Source: a virus
Taxonomy: Duplodnaviria > Heunggongvirae > Uroviricota > Caudoviricetes
Direction: 5' to 3' (one strand)
IMG/VR virus record: IMGVR_UViG_2671180637_000025
Span: 1 to 40,163 of that record
DNA: 40,163 nt
Below are positions 8,765 to 17,778 of the stretch, piece after piece. Position 1 is the first letter of the stretch, and the number at the start of each line of letters is the position of its first letter. The notes beneath the pieces are model-generated. The model was not told the origin of the DNA. It saw nothing but the letters and a program-made list of their open reading frames with translations, and did no database searches. A program made the position numbers and the translations under genes.

Positions 8765-9466
8765 ATGGAAAGTAATATCAAAGGGTTAGTTGCCGCCGGG
8801 CATGAGATGGCTTCGGAACTGAAAGCAGAATGTGGTGCCGTTGATATGCGTAGTGTGGCAAAGCTGATCAGCGATTTGGCAACGCAACTGGAAGTGCAAC
8901 TGGTGCGTGCTAATGCGCTGGCCGAAGACCAACAGAAAGCGATTGAGTCAATTAAGCAGGCTGATGCAGCTGTTAAGTTGGCACACGAGAAGTTTTCAGC
9001 GCTGGCGGCGGAGAATGCTGGGCTGAAGTCTGATATTCCACTTGGTGCCATCGAGAATGGCAGAGCGTTTGCAGACCGTTTAGAGAATTACCAGTTCGAG
9101 TGTGAAGGCGGAAATCTAAACATGTGCAGTGATTGGCAGGAGTTTCGCCGTTGCTTCGAGTACTTATCTGAATGGGCAATGCATAGCCAGACAGAGCACC
9201 CAGCCACCGACGCTTTCCTGGCTGAAGTACGTGCTGAGGCGCGCAACGAGGGGATTAACTATACCGCAAGTCGTCTTGCTGCTGCTTTCAACCACGGATT
9301 TATCAATAAGTCTTTACGTGAAGTTTTCGACGTTACGCGCATGATTCTGTCAGCGAAAGAAGAGTTGGCTAATGAACCGCATCCGATTGATGGCCTGTCT
9401 GGTGAATATGCGGAAAAATCCCTAGAAGAATGGGCGGAACAGATTCGCAAAGGAGGCAACCAGTGA
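8765..9466 (+). CDS. Hypothetical protein (233 aa), coiled-coil N-terminus
   Basis: ORF with RBS; nin-like accessory block. Confidence 0.5.
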   Translation: MESNIKGLVAAGHEMASELKAECGAVDMRSVAKLISDLATQLEVQLVRANALAEDQQKAIESIKQADAAVKLAHEKFSALAAENAGLKSDIPLGAIENGRAFADRLENYQFECEGGNLNMCSDWQEFRRCFEYLSEWAMHSQTEHPATDAFLAEVRAEARNEGINYTASRLAAAFNHGFINKSLREVFDVTRMILSAKEELANEPHPIDGLSGEYAEKSLEEWAEQIRKGGNQ

Positions 9467-10092
9467 GCGAAATTAACTATCAGGCACTGCGTGAAGCGGC
9501 AGAGCAGGCAATGCATGACGACTGGGGATTTGACGCAGACCTTTTCCATGAATTGGTAACACCATCGATTGTGCTGGAACTGCTGGATGAACGGGAAAGA
9601 AACCAGCAATACATCAAACGCCGCGACCAGGAGAACGAGGATATTGCGCTAACAGTAGGGAAGCTGCGCGTTGAGCTTGAGGAGACAAAATCAAAATTCA
9701 ACGAGCAGCGTGAATATTACGAAGGTGTTATCTCGGATGGAAGTAAGCGTATTGCTGAACTGGAGAAAAGCGAAGAGCAACTCATTAACGAGCGTGACCA
9801 TGCTGAGTCTGCTTTAGCTGATATGTATTTTGCAGCAACCGGGGATAGGCCTGAGTGGAGTAACTGGTTCGGTTTTTCAGATGCAGTAGATGCCGTAGTT
9901 GACAGAATTGCTGATTTAGAAGCTAAACAGCCATCGCCAGTAGTACCTGAAGGACTGATTAAAGCGGTGCGTTTTTATGAGCAGGTAAAACGTGAGAACC
10001 CGCCAGTCGAAACCGGAGCATGGAAAGACGCTGTTGACTGGGTGCTCAAAGAGGCTTGCCAAGCTGTAAACATTGGCATCAAAGGAGAGTGA
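9463..10092 (+). CDS. Ead/Ea22-like protein
   Basis: GTG start overlapping upstream stop, RBS AAAGGAGG; N-terminus SEINYQALREAAEQA typical of the family as recalled. Confidence 0.6.
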   Translation: MSEINYQALREAAEQAMHDDWGFDADLFHELVTPSIVLELLDERERNQQYIKRRDQENEDIALTVGKLRVELEETKSKFNEQREYYEGVISDGSKRIAELEKSEEQLINERDHAESALADMYFAATGDRPEWSNWFGFSDAVDAVVDRIADLEAKQPSPVVPEGLIKAVRFYEQVKRENPPVETGAWKDAVDWVLKEACQAVNIGIKGE

Positions 10093-10093
10093 G

Positions 10094-10849
10094 ATGATTC
10101 ACTATCACGGCGGTCCTATTACTCCGGATACGTGCGCCATGAGAGCATGGAAAGGACGACATGCGTTTATCAGTTTTGCGCATTCAGGCCAGATCAATCT
10201 CGCGGCTGAATACTGTCAGTCGTTCGCGCTGGACAACGGTGCATTCACCGCCTGGAAAGCAGCTGGCAAAAACAAAATCGACTGGAGCGATTACTACGAG
10301 TTTGTTGCTCGCTGGAAGAATCACCCAGGATTCGATTTCGCCATTATCCCGGATGTTATTGATGGCGGAGAGGAGGAAAATGATGCGCTTCTGAATGAGT
10401 GGCCTCACGGAAAACTAGCTGGCGTTCCAGTGTGGCACATGAATGAAAGTGACGAGCGATTTATTCATTTGTGCAATGAGTTTCCGCGAGTGGCTATCGG
10501 TAGTTGTGGCGACTATGACGTAAAGCGCCCAACTCTTGCGGTAGCCAGAATGAAAGACCTGATTCGTCACATTGTTGATGAGCATGGTCAGCCGGTTACG
10601 AAACTACATGGATTGCGCATGTTAAATCCGCTGATATTCACAAAATTACCCTTAGCCAGCGCAGATAGTACGAACGTCGCTCGAAACATCGGTATTGATA
10701 AAGCCTGGTCTGGGGCTTATGCACCTGCAAGTAAAGAGACACGCGCAGCATTAATGGTAGAACGGATTGAGGCACACAATAGCCCTGGTTCTCTTGCGTA
10801 TTGTGAACAACGCGACCGTTTTGAAATGCAATTGCAACTAGCAGTTTAA
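10094..10849 (+). CDS. Hypothetical protein, candidate TGT-fold / DpdA-like transglycosylase
   Basis: 252 aa from ATG 10094 (RBS AAGGAG); ALDNGAF and ASADSTNVARN loosely resemble tRNA-guanine transglycosylase motifs; no zinc motif; assignment tentative. Confidence 0.4.
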   Translation: MIHYHGGPITPDTCAMRAWKGRHAFISFAHSGQINLAAEYCQSFALDNGAFTAWKAAGKNKIDWSDYYEFVARWKNHPGFDFAIIPDVIDGGEEENDALLNEWPHGKLAGVPVWHMNESDERFIHLCNEFPRVAIGSCGDYDVKRPTLAVARMKDLIRHIVDEHGQPVTKLHGLRMLNPLIFTKLPLASADSTNVARNIGIDKAWSGAYAPASKETRAALMVERIEAHNSPGSLAYCEQRDRFEMQLQLAV

Positions 10850-10859
10850 GGACTAACAA

Positions 10860-11609
10860 ATGACCACTATTACCAAAGAACGTATCAAATTATTCATTAA
10901 AAATCCGCTTGATAACGGACTTACTCGTGGCGAACAAATGGAACTGGCACGGATTGCGCTGGCATCGCTTGAATCGGAACCAGTTGCATGGGCTGATAAC
11001 GAGGAGTTACTTGATATCGAGAGTATTGGTTGCGGATATTTATTGCCGTATCCGCCAGATAAAGATGTAGACCCGCGTCGTGTTATCCCGCTGTATCGGG
11101 TGTCGTCAACGCAGATAGCGCGGGAGGCCATTGAAAACGCAATTGAATACATCCGCAGTATCGCTTTTCACATCGATGAAGACGATTACCACGGCAAACA
11201 TATTGCGTATTTCATGCGACAAGCATTGGCCTGGCTGGAAGGGCATTCATGCAGCGACGACAGACTGGGTAAAGCCGAGAATCAAACAGTACACGGCAAC
11301 CAGGCTGCCGAATCCAATCGCGGTAATGAGTGGACCGGCAATCCTGATATTGATAACGCCATCATCATGCTCGATCGCATAGATACGCTGGAAAGTTGCG
11401 ATGATGACCGTATTGAGACTGTTAAGGCTGTTTTGCGTAGACTGGCTGGCAACTATCCGGTAACTCCGGATAGTTGGGTTATGGTTCCTAAACAGGTAAC
11501 GCCGGAAATCAGCAACGCGATAAACGTTGTGGGTCAACGCTGTACATGCGGAAATTGCTCTCAGCGGTTGTGGGATTTATTACTCGACGCCACACAGCAA
11601 GGAGGTTAA
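10860..11609 (+). CDS. Hypothetical protein (249 aa), C-terminal CTCGNC cluster
   Basis: ORF with RBS; no confident family. Confidence 0.5.
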   Translation: MTTITKERIKLFIKNPLDNGLTRGEQMELARIALASLESEPVAWADNEELLDIESIGCGYLLPYPPDKDVDPRRVIPLYRVSSTQIAREAIENAIEYIRSIAFHIDEDDYHGKHIAYFMRQALAWLEGHSCSDDRLGKAENQTVHGNQAAESNRGNEWTGNPDIDNAIIMLDRIDTLESCDDDRIETVKAVLRRLAGNYPVTPDSWVMVPKQVTPEISNAINVVGQRCTCGNCSQRLWDLLLDATQQGG

Positions 11610-11611
11610 CC

Positions 11612-11839
11612 GTGGCTAACCTGCAACTTGCCGTAAAAGGTGAAAAAGATTTGAGGATTCGCATCATTAATAACACCGACAAGCATCCGGAAGATTATTT
11701 GGATTGCACGTTAGCAGAGTGCGGTATTTCCGTATGGGATGAGTTCGATGTGATGCGTAAAACCGCTTACGGCTATGTCGTAATTCATAACGGAGAAGAA
11801 TTATTTGTTCGTCGGTCAGAATGCGTGGAATTGATATAA
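11612..11839 (+). CDS. Hypothetical protein (75 aa)
   Basis: GTG start 3 nt after the upstream stop, RBS AGGAGG. Confidence 0.45.
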   Translation: MANLQLAVKGEKDLRIRIINNTDKHPEDYLDCTLAECGISVWDEFDVMRKTAYGYVVIHNGEELFVRRSECVELI

Positions 11840-11896
11840 GAGAATCTCCGTACATCGGCAACACACAGCTAAATATGTTCGCAATAAAGGTAAATA

Positions 11897-12238
11897 TTGA
11901 TGGCTAAATCAGCAGCAGAGCGCAAAGCCGCTCAGAGAGCCAGACAAGCTGCATCTGGTGTGCGTAAGCTGGAGATTGTGCTTGATGCTCAGGAAATTGA
12001 AATGCTGGAGCGTAACTGTGCCACGCGTCGCCCCGGGCGTGCGCCTTACGAATTTGGTGAGTATATAGCGTTACTGATCCGCCAGGATGATGCACGCGTG
12101 CGCGGGCGTATAAAATCGATCAGCAGAAAACGTTGCGGTAAGTGCGGCGAGAGAGTTCCTGTGAATTCATGCCCGTGTAATGGTGACTCGCAATGCTGGG
12201 TGACTAAAGGCTGGCATGAAACGAAATTAATAGTGTGA
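11897..12238 (+). CDS. Putative zinc-finger regulator; positional candidate for a late-gene regulator
   Basis: 113 aa; C-terminal CGKCGERVPVNSCPCNGDSQC; last gene before the terminase block; stop codon lies inside the 14-bp palindrome. Confidence 0.4.
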   Translation: MMAKSAAERKAAQRARQAASGVRKLEIVLDAQEIEMLERNCATRRPGRAPYEFGEYIALLIRQDDARVRGRIKSISRKRCGKCGERVPVNSCPCNGDSQCWVTKGWHETKLIV

Positions 12239-12247
12239 CATGTCACG
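12234..12247. repeat. Copy 1 of 14-bp motif TGTGACATGTCACG
   Basis: Exact 14-mer, one of three in the window. Confidence 0.8.
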
Positions 12248-12255
12248 AAGGTGTT

Positions 12256-12468
12256 ATGCCAAAAATACGCTACGACCTTGAAGATATGAGAGATAACTCA
12301 GCAAATTTTCCGAAAGAGGTTAAATTTCTCATGCATAAGTATGGTTGCGCCAGGAGGGATATAGTTATCGACAGTCAGCACCCTTGCGGCGAGGATGTAA
12401 TTTTCATTCGCGGTAAATGGGAAGGGTATCTTGACGAGAGTTTTTACGATGAATTTGATGGACTTTGA
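12256..12468 (+). CDS. Hypothetical protein (70 aa)
   Basis: Start placed at ATG 12256 behind GAAGGTG; the track start at 12235 lies inside the palindrome. Confidence 0.4.
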   Translation: MPKIRYDLEDMRDNSANFPKEVKFLMHKYGCARRDIVIDSQHPCGEDVIFIRGKWEGYLDESFYDEFDGL

Positions 12469-12510
12469 ATACTGCCGCCAACTATGGCGGCTTTATTTTG
12501 CATGGTACTA

Positions 12511-12543
12511 TTACCACAACGGTAACTATTACCACGGTGGTTA
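12511..12543. promoter_or_regulatory. Operator-like sites upstream of terminase: TTACCACAACGGTAA (12511..12525) and degenerate TTACCACGGTGGTTA (12529..12543)
   Basis: Part of direct repeat GGTA(A)CTATTACCAC x2; the Thr-rich track translation here looks non-coding. Confidence 0.5.
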
Positions 12544-13139
12544 TGATGCCTGCTGAACCTAAAACCTATAAACGCAAATCAACGCAATTTAAGCCGCTCA
12601 CAGCAATGCAGGAGGCTTATTGCCAGTCATACATCAAAACGCCTGAAAACCAGACTCAGGCAGCGATTAACGCAGGATTCTCCCCAAATACAGCGGCAGT
12701 TAAAGCCAGTGTAATGATGCGCGATGAACGCATTCAAAAACGGATTGCCGAGTTGATGGAGGAGCGCAACAAACGAATGCGCGTCAGTGCTGATTACGTT
12801 CTCATGCGCCTGGTGGAGATCGACCAGATGGACGTGATTGATATCCTCAACGACGATGGAAGCCTTAAGCCAATTCGCGAGTGGCCGAAAATCTGGCGCA
12901 CTACGCTTAGCGGCTTTGATCTGTCATCGACCATCATGAACATGAATGAGGATTCGATAGAGACAATCCTCAAAAAAATTAAATGGCCTGACAAGGTGAA
13001 GAACCTTGAGCTGATTGGTAAGCACGTCGATGTCAATGCATTCAAAGAACGCCTGGATGTTAATGTAAATGTGACAATTGCTGATCGCATAGCAGCAGCC
13101 AGGAAGAGACTGAAAGAACGTCAGGATGGCAATCAGTGA
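12543..13139 (+). CDS. Terminase small subunit
   Basis: AAINAGFSPNTAAVKASVMMRDERIQKRIAEL signature; start placed at ATG 12543 (track ORF begins at TTG 12465); ATGA overlap with large subunit. Confidence 0.7.
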   Translation: MMPAEPKTYKRKSTQFKPLTAMQEAYCQSYIKTPENQTQAAINAGFSPNTAAVKASVMMRDERIQKRIAELMEERNKRMRVSADYVLMRLVEIDQMDVIDILNDDGSLKPIREWPKIWRTTLSGFDLSSTIMNMNEDSIETILKKIKWPDKVKNLELIGKHVDVNAFKERLDVNVNVTIADRIAAARKRLKERQDGNQ

Positions 13140-14611
13140 CAGATACAGCGTTATCTCCTGAAGAGCAGTTAATCGAGGATATTGCAGGGTTCACTCACGA
13201 TCCGCTTGGTTATGCCCTCTATGCTTTCCCGTGGGGGGAAGAGGGTACTGAACTGGCACATGCCACCGGCCCACGTCAGTGGCAGGCCGATGCGTTCCGA
13301 GAGATACGTGATCACCTGCAGAATCCAGAGACGCGATATCAGCCGCTTATGCTGGCACGTGCTTCTGGTCACGGTATTGGTAAATCCGCATTCATCTCAA
13401 TGCTGATCAACTGGGGCATGTCCACTTGCGAGGATTGTAAGGTCGTGGTGACCGCCAACACCGACAACCAGCTACGAACGAAGACCTGGCCTGAAATTAT
13501 CAAGTGGTCGAACCTTGCTATCACGAAAGACTGGTTCACCTGCACCGCTACCGCGATGTACAGCAATGATCCTGGACACGACAAGCGGTGGCGAGCTGAC
13601 GCAATCCCCTGGTCTGAGCACAACACTGAGGCATTCGCAGGACTACACAACGAGCGCAAACGCATCATCGTGGTATTCGATGAAGCGTCGAACATTGCGG
13701 ATCTGGTGTGGGAAGTTGCTGAGGGTGCGCTTACGGACGAAGACACTGAGATTATCTGGGTGGCGTTCGGAAACCCGACGCGTAATACTGGGCGATTCCG
13801 TGAATGTTTCCGCAAGTATAAACACCGCTGGAAAACTGCGCAGATTGACAGCCGGACGGTGGAAGGCACCAACAAACAGCAGTTGCAGAAATGGGTTGAT
13901 GACTACGGGGAAGACAGTGACTTCGTTAAAATCCGTGTGCGCGGCATATTCCCTGATGCATCTGAATTGCAGTTTATCCCTACCGGACTTACTGACGAGG
14001 CAATGAAACGGGTGATAACCGCTGCGCAGGTGGCACATGCTCCGGTGATAATCGGCGTTGACCCGGCATACTCCGGTGTTGATGACGCTGTGATATACCT
14101 GCGGCAGGGGCTGCATAGTAAGGTGCTGTGGACCGGCAACAAGACCACTGACGATCTGATTATGGCGAAGCGTATCGCTGACTTTGAAGACCAGTACCAG
14201 GCTGACGCAGTGTTCATCGACTTCGGTTACGGAACTGGTCTGAAGTCAATCGGTGACGGCTGGGGTCGTACATGGCAACTTGTTCCGTTCGGTGGCGCGT
14301 CTACTGACCCGCAGATGCTCAACAAGCGTGGGGAGATGTTCAACTCATGCAAGACATGGCTGAGGCTGGGCGGCATGCTTGATGACCAGGAAACAGCGGA
14401 CGACCTGTCGGCAGCAGAGTACAAAGTTCGAGTGGACGGTAAAATCGTTATCGAACCGAAGGAAGATATCAAAGAGCGACTTGGGCGTTCTCCTGGTAAA
14501 GGCGATGCGCTACTGCTGACGTTTGCGTTCCCTGTGTCGAAGCGTCTGCGAATTCCCGGTCAGCAGAACCAGCAAGGCAAGGCCATCACAGATTACGATC
14601 CCTATGCTTAA
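13136..14611 (+). CDS. Terminase large subunit
   Basis: 491 aa; Walker A-like ARASGHGIGKSAF; ATPase and nuclease-sized domains. Confidence 0.85.
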   Translation: MTDTALSPEEQLIEDIAGFTHDPLGYALYAFPWGEEGTELAHATGPRQWQADAFREIRDHLQNPETRYQPLMLARASGHGIGKSAFISMLINWGMSTCEDCKVVVTANTDNQLRTKTWPEIIKWSNLAITKDWFTCTATAMYSNDPGHDKRWRADAIPWSEHNTEAFAGLHNERKRIIVVFDEASNIADLVWEVAEGALTDEDTEIIWVAFGNPTRNTGRFRECFRKYKHRWKTAQIDSRTVEGTNKQQLQKWVDDYGEDSDFVKIRVRGIFPDASELQFIPTGLTDEAMKRVITAAQVAHAPVIIGVDPAYSGVDDAVIYLRQGLHSKVLWTGNKTTDDLIMAKRIADFEDQYQADAVFIDFGYGTGLKSIGDGWGRTWQLVPFGGASTDPQMLNKRGEMFNSCKTWLRLGGMLDDQETADDLSAAEYKVRVDGKIVIEPKEDIKERLGRSPGKGDALLLTFAFPVSKRLRIPGQQNQQGKAITDYDPYA

Positions 14612-14653
14612 TCCGCTGGTGGGGATAATGTCGTTGATATCCTCTGGTGAGGA

Positions 14654-14681
14654 TAAAACAAAGCCAGCTCATAGGCTGGCT
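14654..14681 (-). terminator. Intrinsic terminator for the minus-strand tRNA/small-ORF transcript
   Basis: Stem AGCCAGC / GCTGGCT with 6-nt loop; T-run on the minus strand. Confidence 0.5.
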
Positions 14682-14684
14682 GAT

Positions 14685-14698
14685 TGTGACATGTCACG
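14685..14698. repeat. Copy 2 of 14-bp motif TGTGACATGTCACG
   Basis: Exact 14-mer, same orientation as copy 1. Confidence 0.8.
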
Positions 14699-14701
14699 GC
14701 G

Positions 14702-14896
14702 CTAGAAAGTAATTTTATCGAATGCGGCGTTGATCGCTTTGGCATCCTGCACGGCACCACGCTCATCGAGTAAAGATCTTTTACTAAGCACTTCAGCTAG
14801 GCATTGAAGCTTAGTGTGGTAGAGGTTCTCGCGGCGAATCTCTTCAGCAGGAGATTGTTTCTGAATGCCTTCAACTGTCTTCGTCATAATATTCAC
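14702..14896 (-). CDS. Hypothetical small protein (64 aa), opposite strand to the late genes
   Basis: ORF only; same strand as the adjacent tRNA. Confidence 0.35.
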   Translation of the reverse strand: MNIMTKTVEGIQKQSPAEEIRRENLYHTKLQCLAEVLSKRSLLDERGAVQDAKAINAAFDKITF

Positions 14897-15078
14897 CTTA
14901 AAAAAATGCCCGGACGAACTGGAAGCAATGAGTTATGCCTTCCGTGGCTGTACTGGTTTACAGCATGAAGTCATCGCAATGGCGTCCTGCTGTAAAAAGG
15001 GCGGTGATAGTCCTTCAAGGGAAACCATCACCGCCAAGCACCTGGAACTTCTGGCATCACGGTCCTTAGGCGTGATTC

Positions 15079-15155
15079 TGGCGTGGCATGCAGGATTCGA
15101 ACCTGCGACCAACCGCTTAGAAGGCGGTTGCTCTGTCCAACTGAGCTAATGCCAC
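15079..15155 (-). tRNA. tRNA-Arg (anticodon UCU), argU-like, phage-internal
   Basis: 77 nt GTGGCATTAGCTCAGTTGGACAGAGCAACCGCCTTCTAAGCGGTTGGTCGCAGGTTCGAATCCTGCATGCCACGCCA; perfect 7-bp acceptor stem, D stem GCTC/GAGC, anticodon stem ACCGC/GCGGT with loop CTTCTAA, T stem GCAGG/CCTGC with loop TTCGAAT, encoded CCA. Confidence 0.85.
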
Positions 15156-15477
15156 AACGCTGAGAGCACTTAGCCTGTTAAGGCGCCACACTTTGTCGCG
15201 GCTCCATAAATGCTCTCATCGTTGTACCCTCGTCTCTTCCGAGGCGTCACACCGAATCGCCGGGGTGGTGAATCCCCGTGCGCGGAATAAAACCGCTCGA
15301 CTTGCACATTCCGGCTACCTGGTTCGTTTGCCCGAGCAAGGGAGGGTGCCCCTTAAACGTACCCAGACCGCTATCGGCGCATGTGCCATACGCCGTACTA
15401 CTCAAAATAAAAGCTCACTCCACCTGTTCAATTTAACGACAAGCCAGTCAGGTTAATAACCGGAATGAATCCTTTAG

Positions 15478-15492
15478 TTACCTGAAGGGTAA
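15478..15492. promoter_or_regulatory. Operator-like site TTACCTGAAGGGTAA upstream of the virion operon
   Basis: Perfect TTACC-N5-GGTAA about 90 bp upstream of ATG 15583. Confidence 0.5.
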
Positions 15493-15582
15493 TAATTCGT
15501 GCGTTAAATGTCAACCATCTACGATAAATAAAACATATGTGGTTAAATTGGTAATAATTTAATTGCGTACGGAGTCATTGAT

Positions 15583-15789
15583 ATGTGCATGGGTAGCTCA
15601 CCATCAGTGCCTGCAACACCAGAAGTTCAGGCAGCACCACAGGAGCAGGATGCCGCCGTTGTTGATGCCCGCGACGAAGAAACTCGTCGCCGTCGCGCTG
15701 CTGCTGGTCGTAGTTCTACGCTGCTTACCGGTTCTCAGGGCGACACATCAACCGCTAATACCAGCGGTAAAACGCTGCTTGGTCAGTAA
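15583..15789 (+). CDS. Small virion protein, T7 gp6.7-like
   Basis: 68 aa; N-terminal MC... and basic, Ser/Thr-rich composition recalled for T7 gp6.7; sits just before the portal as in T7. Confidence 0.45.
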   Translation: MCMGSSPSVPATPEVQAAPQEQDAAVVDARDEETRRRRAAAGRSSTLLTGSQGDTSTANTSGKTLLGQ

Positions 15790-15803
15790 CCGGAGTCATT
15801 GAA

Positions 15804-17483
15804 ATGGCGGAAACAACTAAAGAGCGATTGAACAAACAGTTCGCACAACTTGAAAGCGAGCGTCAGTCGTTCGAGCCGCACTGGCGCGAGTTGAGTGATT
15901 ACATCAATCCGCGTGGTTCCCGCTTTCTGACTTCTGAGGTCAACCGTAACGATCGACGCAATACACGCATTATTGATTCGACCGGGACTATGGCGGCGCG
16001 CACTCTCGCCAGCGGAATGATGTCTGGCATCACAAGCCCAGCCCGTCCGTGGTTTCGCCTGGCTACGCCAGATCCTGAAATGATGGATTATGGCCCTGTT
16101 AAGTTGTGGCTTGAGGCGGTGCAGAACCGCATGAACGATATGTTCAATAAGTCGAATCTCTATCAGTCGCTGCCGCAGTTATACGGAAGCCTCGGCACAT
16201 ACAGCACTGGTGCAATGGCAGTGCTGGAGGATGACGAGGACATCATTCGCACAATGCCATTCCCGATAGGCAGTTACTACCTGGCTAACTCACCTCGTGG
16301 CAGTGTGGACACCTGTTTTCGCAAGTTCTCTATGACTGTTCGTCAGCTTGTTCAGGAGTTCGGGCTAAATAACGTCAGCGAATCCGTAAAAAGCATGTGG
16401 GAAAGCGGCACCTACGAGAAGTGGATTGAAGTGATGCATTCGGTTTACCCGAACATTGACCGCGACACATCGAAGCTGGATAGCAAGAACAAGCCATTCA
16501 AATCGGTTTATTACGAGGTTGGTGGCGACAACGACAAGTTGTTACGTGAATCCGGATTCGATGAGTTTCCAATTATGGCTCCGCGCTGGGAAGTTAACGG
16601 CGAAGATGTTTATGGATCATCATGCCCGGGCATGCTGGCGCTTGGACCTGTTAAGGCATTGCAGCTTCTTCAGAAGCGCAAGTCGCAGTTGATTGATAAA
16701 GCCACCAATCCGCCGATGGTTGCTCCGACTTCCCTCAAGAATCAGCGCGCCTCCCTTCTTCCTGGCGACATCACGTATATCGATCAGATTACTGGTCAGG
16801 ATGGTTTCAGGCCTGCTTATCTGGTTAACCCCAGTACAGCAGATCTGGTGGCAGACATTCAGGACACTCGTCAAATCATTAACAGTGCCTACTTTGTCGA
16901 TCTGTTCATGATGTTGCAGAACATCAATACCCGTTCGATGCCTGTTGAAGCGGTGATCGAAATGAAAGAAGAAAAACTTCTGATGTTGGGGCCGGTTCTG
17001 GAGCGTCTGAACGACGAATGTCTTAATCCTCTCATTGACCGCGCTTTCTCGATGATGGTGCGTAAAAACATGCTGCCGCCACCGCCTGACGCGATGGAAG
17101 GCATGCCCCTGAAGGTCGAATACATTTCCGTCATGGCTCAGGCGCAGAAGTCTATCGGCCTATCCAGTCTGGCGTCCACGGTTAACTTCATTGGTCAACT
17201 TGCGCAAGCGAAACCAGAAGCTCTCGACAAACTCAACGTTGATCAGGCGATCGATGCATTCGCTGATATGTCCGGAGTGTCTCCAACCGTCATTGTTCCG
17301 CAGGAACAGGTTGAGCAGGCTCGCCAGCAACGGGCACAGCAGCAACAGCAGCAACAAATGATGGCGATGGGGATGGCGGCGGCACAGGGTGCCAAGACGC
17401 TAAGCGAAGCTAAAACTTCGGATCCGAGTGTTTTGTCAGCTATGGCGAATGCAGTTAGTGGTCAGGGTGGGCAATCACAATGA
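15804..17483 (+). CDS. Portal (head-tail connector) protein, T7 gp8-like
   Basis: 559 aa; Gln/Ala/Met-rich C-terminal tail (QQRAQQQQQQQMMAMGMAAAQGA) as recalled for T7 gp8; gene order. Confidence 0.8.
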   Translation: MAETTKERLNKQFAQLESERQSFEPHWRELSDYINPRGSRFLTSEVNRNDRRNTRIIDSTGTMAARTLASGMMSGITSPARPWFRLATPDPEMMDYGPVKLWLEAVQNRMNDMFNKSNLYQSLPQLYGSLGTYSTGAMAVLEDDEDIIRTMPFPIGSYYLANSPRGSVDTCFRKFSMTVRQLVQEFGLNNVSESVKSMWESGTYEKWIEVMHSVYPNIDRDTSKLDSKNKPFKSVYYEVGGDNDKLLRESGFDEFPIMAPRWEVNGEDVYGSSCPGMLALGPVKALQLLQKRKSQLIDKATNPPMVAPTSLKNQRASLLPGDITYIDQITGQDGFRPAYLVNPSTADLVADIQDTRQIINSAYFVDLFMMLQNINTRSMPVEAVIEMKEEKLLMLGPVLERLNDECLNPLIDRAFSMMVRKNMLPPPPDAMEGMPLKVEYISVMAQAQKSIGLSSLASTVNFIGQLAQAKPEALDKLNVDQAIDAFADMSGVSPTVIVPQEQVEQARQQRAQQQQQQQMMAMGMAAAQGAKTLSEAKTSDPSVLSAMANAVSGQGGQSQ

Positions 17484-17776
17484 CAGATTACGAAGACGAT
17501 CAACTGAAAGAAGAAAACGCCCGTAAGCAACGTGACATGGCGCAGCGTGAAATTGATGACATTCGCTTTGTCATGAGCAGTGAACAGGGGCGTCGCGTTG
17601 TCTGGTCTGTGCTGGAGAAAGGCCGGGTGTTTTCCGCTATCTCTCCGATGGACGCTATGGCAATGGCATTTAATGAGGGGCAACGCAATCTGGCGCTGGA
17701 ACTGTTTCAGCGCGTTATGGCGCATTGCCCTGAACAGTATTTGAAGATGGCCAAAGAGGCCAGTGAACAGGAGTGA
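17480..17776 (+). CDS. Hypothetical protein (98 aa) between portal and scaffold
   Basis: ATGA overlap with portal stop. Confidence 0.45.
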   Translation: MTDYEDDQLKEENARKQRDMAQREIDDIRFVMSSEQGRRVVWSVLEKGRVFSAISPMDAMAMAFNEGQRNLALELFQRVMAHCPEQYLKMAKEASEQE

Positions 17777-17778
17777 TC

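Noticed and set aside
8500-9051. 183-aa minus-strand ORF overlapping the VRR-NUC and following gene
   Set aside because: Ser/Ala/Cys-rich low-complexity translation antisense to better-supported genes
12234-12247. CRP-site reading of TGTGACATGTCACG
   Set aside because: Half-sites are separated by 4 bp rather than the 6 bp of the CRP consensus
12235-12255. ATG 12235 as start of the 12256..12468 gene
   Set aside because: Lies inside the 14-bp palindrome and lacks an RBS; ATG 12256 has GAAGGTG upstream
12465-12542. TTG-initiated N-terminal extension of the small terminase
   Set aside because: Thr-rich translation of a direct-repeat/operator region; ATG at 12543 with nearby GGTGG is preferred
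13369-14217. Several 100-170-aa ORFs on both strands inside the large terminase gene
   Set aside because: All overlap the terminase frame, which has clear ATPase motifs; typical shadow ORFs
15079-15155. tRNA-Arg as the prophage attachment site or junction of two tandem elements
   Set aside because: Phage late genes lie on both sides and no partial tRNA repeat was seen elsewhere; a tandem arrangement cannot be fully excluded without the flanks
15193-15456. 87-aa Arg-rich plus-strand ORF in the GC-rich spacer beside the tRNA
   Set aside because: No RBS; composition typical of out-of-frame GC-rich DNA. The region is reported as a possible structured RNA instead
17320-17360. CAG/CAA-rich tract at the portal 3' end as a possible simple repeat
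   Set aside because: In frame and encodes the Q-rich portal tail; coding low complexity, not an independent repeat
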